Assembly (NCBI RefSeq): GCF_000485595.1
Contig: NW_014577063.1
Location: 304,019-326,146, forward strand
Source of the DNA: Priapulus caudatus
Taxonomy: Eukaryota
Reading direction: 5' to 3'
DNA length: 22,128 nucleotides
Numbering within the stretch: the stretch's first letter is position 1; each line of letters opens with the position of its first letter. This document shows positions 12,071 to 22,128 of this stretch, piece after piece. The notes under the pieces were generated by a model, which made no database searches, was not told where the DNA came from, and saw nothing but the letters and a program-made list of their open reading frames with translations. Both the position numbers and the translations under genes were made by a program.

Positions 12071-12072
12071 CA
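11995..12072. repeat. (GCAC)n/(CA)n microsatellite
   Basis: About 10 perfect GCAC units followed by (CA)n. Confidence 0.92.
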
Positions 12073-12150
12073 CTACTTACAGGTCTAGATCTTCAATGAG
12101 AGATTCAGGCCCAAGCCTTGAATTGATACTGACAACACTAGAGTGCTTAA

Positions 12151-12742
12151 CGGGATCGTTTACTCTAGGTTCTAGGGTTATTTTCAGTTAATTTAGGTTA
12201 AAATTACGCTGCATAAAAAGTTTCATGGTTCAATCACCATTAGAAATATTATTAAAAAATGTTTTAAAACTAACGACTACAGTTTGATTACAACGATGGT
12301 GGCGCCACTCAAAGCGCACGATCTGATGAGTTGCGCAAAACCACTTTTCAGCCAAGGGCTACAGATCGAGAGTGTTTCTTATTTATTAATTTAAAAGCAA
12401 AAGGATTGTAATATCTTATAAACGACATATAGTTTCAGTTATAATATCGATAAATTTGCCCTAAAATGAATATCCGAAATAGCATTTAGGTATAAATATA
12501 ATTGCACTTTTGTGATTAGCCCTCGGTCTATAACGTGCAAAATAAATTGTCAAATACGAAACTTTTTCGGGGTGGCAGCACGGTCGCAGGTGTCATGGCG
12601 CCGTTCAAATTTCGTAGCGTTGATGCGTAATTAATTATAACAATTAAATTAGGTATCTGGTAACAAATACGTGTGGGTATAGACGATTTGTTATACAGTA
12701 AGTACAGTTGTATGCAGTAAAAACCTAGAGGCTACTATCCCT
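12151..12742. mobile_element. Kolobok-like non-autonomous element
   Basis: TTAA on both sides (12147-12150, 12743-12746); imperfect TIR cgggatcgtttactctaggtt versus agggatagtagcctctaggtt (reverse complement of the right end). Confidence 0.75.
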
Positions 12743-13431
12743 TTAAAAAGCTGGTTTCGTGGATCACAAAGAATTCTCTGATAGAATCTCTAACAAGGTA
12801 ATAAGGAAACCACTCCGCGCACTATCCCGCTATAATCTACACACCCATCTTTCAGGTCTGATACGATAGGTGCTCGCAAACTGGGTCAAACCTTTTGTCA
12901 CCCTCATCCGTGGCACAGGTACAAGGGCAGAAGCGAAAAACACTGATGTCAGTAACATGCACTCACGGCAAAGCAGATTCACTTCACTCGATATATGGCC
13001 AAACCAGCAGTATGAACGTTCTATGAGTGGACTAAAACTAATACAGAAGGGACGTTGGTACAACATGCTTTAATCTAGCCAATCTTTCAAAATTTTGCAA
13101 ACTGAGGAATCCCTTTTTCATACTTTATCTGTACCATTTACCATTTTGTACAAGTAATGGTGCAGTAAAACAGGTGACTAGGTACATTTTACTGAACTAG
13201 GTATCTAGTGCAATAGACTAGGCTTGGCTCAGATCAAGTATAACGTTCACAGGTATGACCTCTCACTATCTATAATTTGTGTAGGATCATATATCAAGAT
13301 CAAGTAAGGATCAAGGATAATTAAATTAACTAATACACTTCCAGTTACAACACCCCACACAACAAATGTTTTCTATGTCACAGATGGTTAGATTAAGAAA
13401 CTAAGATATACATGCAGTTAAACCTGTATTA

Positions 13432-13674
<243 letters not shown>

Positions 13675-14457
13675 TCAGCAAAAACAGTACCAAGACATAA
13701 ATATCAAAATTAACATACACAGTACTGGGATTAGTCAGAAAATGTCTCCATGCAGTTGCTAGATTAATGTCTAACACAATGCCAGCAGAGTTAAAGCTAT
13801 ACTAAAAATGTCTCTGTGACACCACATGGCCTGCTTCCATAAAGGTTTGCTGAAATAACAGCAGCTTTTTAGCCATAAGAGATCGAGGTTTAAGGGTGTT
13901 TCAGTTCATTTACTATGTACAGAGTCATTTGACAGTCTAATGCAACAATGCATAAAATGGCATTAGTTACAAGAAACGATGCAAATATGTATTTACAAAA
14001 TTCGATTTAGCAATAACCATCTCATGATGAAATTTTATCTTTGATTTTGGCACACAACTCTAACCTTTCACATCTAACACATGTATGACATTGAAAAACT
14101 GTACATGGGTGCCGTGACACCCTTCAGGATTTTCTGGCAAATACGTACGGTACTTTTTACACCATAGTACACTCCTAAGTATACTCAACCCTAGATAGCT
14201 TATCCTTCCAATCATACTGAAAGTACACGTGGCTGCCGGTGGTAACATTTGTAAACTACAGGTGACATATGAGTGAGAGCAGTTGGTAACTTGGTAGCGC
14301 TACAGGTACATCTGTCTGGGCAGTAGACAAAGGTAACATGCCTTACATGCGGAAAATGCATAACACGCATAATGCATAAGGACAAAGCATAAGCATAATA
14401 AAAATGCGTAAGGAAAATGTGTTACATGTGAGCCATAGTAGGTCAAATAAGCAATCA

Positions 14458-14721
<264 letters not shown>

Positions 14722-15397
14722 TCATGCACAGAGCACCGATGTGAAATAACATGCATAGTTGGGAAGGTTTACGTATCTGAGCTAGCACACCTATTGTAGT
14801 GGTCCACACTGTAGTGTATCTCACCTAGTTCATCAGAACAAATTACAGAACGTATGCAGAAGAATTCTCACCACTGTTATGTCACTGTCTACATTTCAAC
14901 TGATATGATCCAACCTTGCACAATCGACACATGGCTATAACCGATCAGTGGTTTGATAGCAGGTTCTAAAAACAATGCCATGAAGTGCTACAAACTAAAC
15001 ATTTTAGTGTGCACATATATAAAACCACATACAAACTGGGTGGGCTTGATCGACCTGGCAACAACATCTAGGGGAGTGTGGTTACCTGACTCACTTAGAT
15101 ACACTATACACACAATATCATCTATAAATTGTCTATATGGCAGTTATAAGCATCCTTCCTGAATTGCAGATTCCATTCCAGATATATACATAGATACTAT
15201 GGGGTAATAAACTCTTAACATAGTTGCAAGTCATCACTTACTGCAGCATAAAGTGAGAGTTAAATTACAGGACTCCTGAGTGCTGACGTATACTACTGCA
15301 AACAAACTACCACATCTTAGCCAATAAAACAAAAACAAACAGATCATCTTCTACAGGATTTGACATGTGACTAATATTATCAGGTAATCATAAATTA

Positions 15398-15592
<195 letters not shown>

Positions 15593-16011
15593 TTAGTGCA
15601 CAGACAAAAAGAAAATGATGCTGATTTGTCTATTTTTAGATTTTGTCCATTGAATGACTGACCCTCTAGTACTATGATCATGCACTTTGTAACTGCTAAG
15701 GCACTAATCCTATACACCAAAACAACCTCTACACAGCTGAGTTATCAAGCATACATCAATTGTTACATATAAAAATGGAATGTATAGTAAATTTACTATT
15801 AAGCGATGTTAGTAACCTCACAGCCACATATGATAACAATCATATATCCTTCATAGCCCAAGGAACTGTACCGAAGCATGGGAGAGTCTAACGTTTACCA
15901 AATTAACAGATCAGCATTGTGAATCACAGTAGAAAGGGTTTAAATCTCAATTACTCCTTGACACATGGCAAAAGTAGTGATCAATATCTGATGACTGAAA
16001 TGGTTTCATCA

Positions 16012-16311
<300 letters not shown>

Positions 16312-16358
16312 TTAAATGTTCATAAAATGTCAGGTGTAAAATACGATTTGATTAAAAT

Positions 16359-17493
16359 AACTAGAAAGGGCAGTTGTCGCCAACTACATGTATCCCCCGT
16401 GATCTAGTATGAATGAAATATCTCTGTAAGAACGTAGAAGGTAGGTAAAGTTAAATAAGTCACAAAGACAAAGGTTTGTTACACAACTGATCTGCCTCAG
16501 ATGTGCAAGTATGTCGAATCTGGTTACCCTAGGAGGCTGAAGAGGAAATCTAAGTCGCCGGTCAAAGTCAAACTAAGGTCAAGGTCAGTGGTGAAAACAC
16601 TATAAAAAGAATCTTACTGTATAATACTGTGCTACACGGAAACAGTACATAATTATTAATGGCAATGTATGGAAAGTATAGTAATTATATTAGCACACAG
16701 AGAAACAGGGATAATAAAGCTAAGACAGTTTCAGGTCATCACAGTTAAACAAATTCATGGATGACGTCATTTAATCACTGATGACGCAATTTAAAAAGAC
16801 TCATGTTTTTTACAATGTCTTAACATTTCCTTGCATAATCCGCTATGTTGATTAGGGTTAAACTAAAAGTCGGAGAGATTATCTTCAGGTCAAGGTCAAA
16901 GTCAAAGTAAAGGTCAAAGACAGGTGCCAATGCGCACTTTCTCTCTCAGACGTGTAAGTACACCAAGTGTCGTTGCGAAAGTAGGGGAAAATAAGGAAAA
17001 TAAGAAATAAAGGTCGCAGTGATCTGGTTTTGGTATGCGACAGACCTTCTCCCCAAGATGTGTAAGTATACCAAGTTTGGTCACGCTAGGTCAATTAGGG
17101 GCAGAGTTATAGAGCGGAAGGGAAATATTATCAAGGTCAAGGTAAAGGTCAAATAAAGGTTGCAGTGACCTGGTTTTTGTACGCTGCGCACCTTCTCCCG
17201 AAGATGTGTAAGTATACCAAGTTTGGTCGCGCTAGGTCAATTAGGGGCAGAGTTATAGAGCGGAAGGGAAATATGATAAAGGTCAAGGTAAAGGTCAAAT
17301 AAAGGTCGTAGTGACCTGGTTTTGGTACGCTGCGCACCTTCTCCCCAAGTTGTGTAAGTAGACCATGTTTGGTCACGCTAGGTCAATTAGGGGTCGAGTT
17401 GTAGAGCGGAAGGGAAAGTGTATGCGGCGGCGGCGGCTGGACCGACATGAAACCATAGTATCCGCGCCGACTTTGTCGCGAGGGATACAATAA
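16359..17493 (-). mobile_element. Helentron-associated (HINE/DINE-1-like) non-autonomous element
   Basis: On the - strand: 5' TT plus subTIR TGTATCCC with a fold-back (GTATCCCTCGCGACAAAGTCGGCGCGGATAC), a (GCC)n microsatellite, a central tandem array rich in TGACCTT, a 3' subTIR GGGATACA, the hairpin GTAGTTGGCGACAACTGC and a CTAGTT end. Confidence 0.82.
17005..17417. repeat. 146-bp tandem repeat, about 2.8 copies, within the HINE
   Basis: Units start aaataaaggt at 17005, 17151 and 17297; diverged partial units lie upstream (about 16450-16590 and 16880-16990). Confidence 0.92.
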
Positions 17494-18419
17494 TAGATGT
17501 ATCCAGCAGGTAATGATCGTTTCTGTGACATGTTTACAATTTTAAGCAAAACAATGAGACTGTATATATCATGGATCTACCCGAGCCTTTATCGCATGTC
17601 AGATCCGACAAGCTTAAGCCAAATTGTGACATCCCATAAATCCTGTGAACATGCCTTAATTTGTAGCTGTGTTTACTTTTGACAATCCCAAGTTCCCAAC
17701 ACATTCATAATGTATTTTCCTGGCTTGATGTATACGTCTCCAAACAGTTTACCTGTCTATTGGGGCTGCTTATGACACGCGTAATTGACTCAACTTGGTA
17801 CAAATCCCTCCCGGGCCCTTCCCTGTCCATCCATAAATGACATGCCTTCTGACACCCCTAGAGAGAACCCTGAATATCTTATACACAAGTGTACAATATA
17901 GTAAAACTACTTTGTGATTATATAATGGAATGCTTACCTTTATTCAGATTATACCAGTGGCATATTAAATCACTTTCAAGAACCATAGAAAAAAAATAGT
18001 AGATACACTAGACGCACGACTTATCAGGATCACTTCATAAATCCAACCAATTATCACCATAACCAAGGTTCTCCTCAAGAATGTCAGATTGCACATCAGG
18101 CAATTGGGCATTTCATCCCCAGTTGCTAATTGGAGTTAATTACGCATGCCATGAGCAGCTCCAATAGACAGGTAAACTTGATCAGTTCTGAGACGTATAC
18201 ATCAAGCTATGAAAACATGACTCTGTTGGAATTATTAAAATTATACATAGCTGGAAAATATTGCATGTCGATTATGCATTTAAAGCATGTTAGAGGTATG
18301 AAATGTCACAATTTTGTTTCAGCGTTGAAAGCATGTTGGACCCAACATGCACTACGGGGGAGAGCCCTGCTAACTCTTAAATGTAAACCTAATTTTGTAA
18401 CTCAATTCTAAGCATATCA

Positions 18420-18780
18420 CAGGGGTAGAAATAAGGAGAAAAAAGAGATGGTCCACAGGACCATCTAGTTTGACCTTTAGATGGTCCTCCTAAATTTCAA
18501 ATTGTTCTCTAAAAGTAATGCGGCGTGCAAGCGTAAGAAAGAGATTTTACATGGTGATAAAATGATTTAATTAATCACCTACAATGAAAGTATCAAACGA
18601 TACAGTAATTGTTTATCCACTTTAATAGTATATTGGAACGTGGAAACGTCAAAGAAAATTACTGTAAAATGAGACCAAAATATTCAATGGTTTATCGGAC
18701 CATTGACTTTGAAAATCTTATGGTCCTCCTGATTATTTGATGGTCCAGGACCATCGGACCATCGCTTATTTCGACCCCTA
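18420..18780. mobile_element. hAT-like MITE (361 bp) related to the 8620-10549 element
   Basis: TIR caggggtagaaataagg versus taggggtcgaaataagc (reverse complement of the right end); 6-bp TSD ATATCA (18414-18419, 18781-18786); subterminal GGACCA/TGGTCC repeats. Confidence 0.8.
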
Positions 18781-18947
18781 ATATCATAACAAAGTGGAGT
18801 CCTAAAGTCCAATATCAAACTTGGCCCGTCTGAGGAATGACTTGACAAAAATCTGGTTTAGAGAAAATCAGCACAATGGATTAATCATGTGTAGCCATAA
18901 GCACATGTAGTGTGCATCAGAACGAATATCAAATAGCAAATCGCCTA

Positions 18948-19130
<183 letters not shown>

Positions 19131-19559
19131 CTATAATAAATCTAATAAAAGTAGTATTCTATGCTAGCATTTTGTGCATAAAAATAATTTGATCCGATAG
19201 ACTCAACACAAAAGCTGCCTTATTCTAACCTTGCATTCCAAAACTTACATTTGTAAAAGCACCCCTAGATGCTTTTGTGTGGAGTAATTAATATTGACAC
19301 TGCAGCACCGAGTGACTCGGCTTCTCAGTGTATATATTTGTGCGTTGATAGGGCATGAAATTAGTATGTAAGCCGAAATGTGTATAATTTTGCTAATATC
19401 TGTTAACAAACACAAGTTTGGGTAAGAGATTAATATTTTCTCAATGCTTGTTTATGATGACGGTTTTTGAAAAATGATTGATTTCATTGTTGTACAAAGC
19501 TACCATCCTAAGAGTCATTAGAATATATGCTTTGCCAACTTGCAGCCCTTATACGCTTC

Positions 19560-19835
19560 AATAATGTTCTAAATTAGACACCATTCATCATAAAGCTGCG
19601 AGATGGGTATCCATAATAGTTCTGAGGTTGTTTTGACAAAACTTGACTGGCCTATAGTCTTCGTGTCTGCTTTCTCCATGCAAAACTTATAACCTTTCAT
19701 AAGATTTATCATGGTCAGGTGAAGCATTCCTTCCTTTTCATTGGCATTCCTTCTTGCTTAAAGGATTCCTTTAGATGTAGTTTTGTTGTTTCCGCAATCT
19801 CATATTCACGATATTGGAATTCTCGCTCTGATCCT
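19560..19835 (+). mobile_element. Highly decayed CR1/L2-like LINE 3' fragment
   Basis: Frameshifted peptides KLDTIHHKAARWV, LTKLDWP, KLITFHKIYHGQV and RYWNS resemble the CR1-group ORF2 C-terminus (LERVQRRAARFV..LNW..LxxFYKI..WNSL). Confidence 0.55.
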
Positions 19836-21020
19836 AGTTTAAACTCTAATATCAGGACGTAACTTTCGTAAATGTGGGGTACACTCTTAAACGTTAACAG
19901 AGGTCTTCTTCCCCTTTGGCCCTTTGGCTAAATGCAAAATTGGTGCTTTTCCTACTGCAATTCGCAGTGTTGATCTAACATTTACTCTATCCTGTGAGAT
20001 TATGAGGGTTATCCAGGACTTTATCCTAGCAGTGCCACCCCTTCGCACGCTAAAATACATTTTCGATTCAACACAGTTTCGGTCCAACACATGACGATTC
20101 GTTTACATTTTGCAAATTATAATATCACATATTTCACAGGTTTGTTTGTAGTAATCGTGGCATTTCGGGACGACAATTTATGGGTTCCTAGTTTAGCACC
20201 CCAGGCCCAGATTATTTTAGCACATTTGCGAAAATGGGGGTCGGGATCCCAAACTAAGATTGTGTATTTTTATGTTGTAATCAAAGAATGGTAGTGTAAC
20301 TGTGCACCCGGTTCACAGCAATTCACACGCACAATGCACGCGATCTGCGCGCAGTTTATGCGCAATATGCGTGTGACAATAGATCTTTTATTATTATGTG
20401 TTACGTTTCTATCGATGATACCGCGTGAATCGTAATTCGAGAGAAACGTCATTATCGCATATCCCAGCATGCCGTACTGAGACGTCATTTCCTCCATGAC
20501 GACCACTCGCCGCGCAAATTAGCAGAATAAACCTTGTAAACCACTTTAGCAAAGATGAATATATGCAGAAGATAAGGGCTGTAACCCAACATTAGTAGGG
20601 ATAGCAGCGTCACCAGGGTTAGTGTCACCATAGACATAGTCACTTATGATGATAGTCACCTGGTGCGGTAATGCCTCATGCATGGTGTCACCCCCATGGA
20701 CCTCCTGTACCACTACTGGGCGCAAATCCAGCTCTGTGCACTCTGTGCATCACCTCGTGATACCTAAGGTGCCTAAAGTGGATTTGTGCCCCACTACTGT
20801 ACTGGCACTAGTCACTAGTACCAGGCCATACTGAATCCTTAGTAATATTTCTTGTACTAATGTTATCGTAAATCCGATTTAAAATCGTAATTCCCGCATA
20901 TCACTGAATTTAATGGCAATATTAGTGACATAAACAACTAGCAAAATTAAAATTATGCACCGTCGTACGTAATGTACAGTTATGAGTATATATACATAGT
21001 CATGGTAGTGGCTTGAGGTA

Positions 21021-21400
21021 CCCCGAGGGTGGGGGGGGGCACTCGTCTCGGAACTGCCAATTGGGTAGGGGGTGCCTCAGAGACCTTGAAAACCTGACCC
21101 TGTCACAACGGCTTTTCGTCCTAAAATACACCCTGTCCCAATATATTGCACTAAAAAGTATACCCTGTTGCAATATTGCACACTTCGGTTATGTCCTGTC
21201 CTCCTGTCAACATAGGCATATATTGGTCCAATATCGGCCTGGTGATATTGGCCCAACATTGTTTTGCCAATATTGGGCCAATATCAGCTTGATGGGTGGG
21301 TATCTAAATAACCCTGTGCCAAAAATGATGTTCGGAAAATATACCCTGTCCAGCGGCACGTACCCAGTACCTTTAACAATGGGTGTGCCCCCCTCCGGGG
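21021..21400. mobile_element. Unclassified MITE with CCCCG...CGGGG termini and 6-bp TSD
   Basis: Ends ccccgagggtggggggggcac / gtgcccccctccgggg; GAGGTA at 21015-21020 and 21401-21406; internal ACCCTGT repeats. Confidence 0.78.
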
Positions 21401-21671
21401 GGAGGTACGGCAGCCGTCGTTCATTGAAGCCCCTTTTTGGCTTTCGTTTTAGGGCTGAGTCAATTGTTCACAATCTTCTGATGTAAAGTTTACAATAATA
21501 ATTGACACTGTCCGCAGTAATGGTAATGTCCATTTCCGTACCACTACTAGTACTAGTACTCATACTGCTAGTAGTAGTAGTACTAGTAGTAGGCCCTATA
21601 GCTATAGGTCGACCGCTACCCCTTGCAGTGCCAGCACTCGCAGCAGCACCAGAAACACTGACACTAGGGCT

Positions 21672-21819
21672 GAAGGGGTCGTTGTCGTATATGTAGTACC
21701 CGAGGTGTCGGCGAGTATGTCGCCTACGCCTACTCCCTAACCCTAACACCCTAACCCTAACCATATCAAATAGTTACCTCAGGTACATATTATACACCAT
21801 TATATGACAACGACCCTTC
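21672..21819. mobile_element. Short MITE-like element with internal (TAACCC)n
   Basis: Inverted ends gaaggggtcgttgtcgtata / tatatgacaacgacccttc; internal ccctaaccctaacaccctaaccctaacc; TSD unclear (gggct / gggcg). Confidence 0.6.
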
Positions 21820-21950
21820 GGGCGACACTAGGCAATAGGCATATCAAAATTATCATCATCACAGGCTTCATGCTCACTGAAAAGGCTTTTCACCAACTGC
21901 TTATTGTCCACTTTAACAGTTAGCGACTTCCAAGTTCCTGCCGGCCGAGA

Positions 21951-22066
21951 CTATACGCACGGCGGCCGTGTGGCGGACTCAATATGGCTATACGCACGGC
22001 GGCCAGGTGGATAAGATTCAATATGGCTATACGCACGGCGGCCGTATGGCTGACTCAATATGGCTA
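21951..22066. repeat. Minisatellite, 37-39-bp unit, about 3 copies
   Basis: ctatacgcacggcggcc...tcaatatgg units start at 21951, 21988 and 22027. Confidence 0.9.
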
Positions 22067-22128
22067 AGAATGAGGAAGGGGAGAAGGGAGAAGCTGGTGG
22101 AGAAGGAGGAGGAGAGAAGCTGGTGGAG
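22067..22128. repeat. Purine-rich low-complexity repeat
   Basis: GA-rich tract with gagaagctggtggag repeated; runs off the window end. Confidence 0.7.

Noticed and set aside
20600..20830. GTCACC-repeat block resembling one end of a hAT MITE
   Set aside because: No matching second terminus or TSD found.
21468..21764. Ser/Thr-rich and hydrophobic ORFs; near-palindromic (TAC)n/(GTA)n
   Set aside because: Low-complexity trinucleotide tract plus a MITE, with no splice or homology support.
21951..22066. CRISPR-like 37-bp repeats
   Set aside because: Head-to-tail minisatellite with no unique spacers or cas genes, in a eukaryotic context.

Overview
AT-rich, intron-containing animal genomic DNA. 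The repeat content suggests an invertebrate, possibly a lophotrochozoan (inference only). It holds two convergent spliced genes that the six-frame ORF track mostly misses. (1) On the + strand are the last three visible exons (819-965, 2140-2307, 3186-3319) of a pleiotrophin/midkine (miple)-like gene. Each exon encodes one four-cysteine PTN/MK C-type module, and the 5' part lies outside the window. (2) On the - strand is a complete 8-coding-exon GDP-L-fucose synthase gene (GFUS/TSTA3/FX; ATG 19082 to stop 8215, 954 nt, 317 aa). Its intron 8529-11397 has a U12 minor-spliceosome donor (GTATCCTTT) and is about 78% transposon-derived. The rest is mobile DNA: two related hAT-like non-autonomous elements with atypical 5- and 6-bp target-site duplications, Harbinger-like and Kolobok-like MITEs, a Helentron/HINE element carrying a 146-bp tandem array, unclassified MITEs, decayed LINE reverse-transcriptase fragments and microsatellites. 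I found no clearly new biological system. The best leads are the multi-module PTN-like protein, the TE-filled minor intron and the odd-TSD hAT family.
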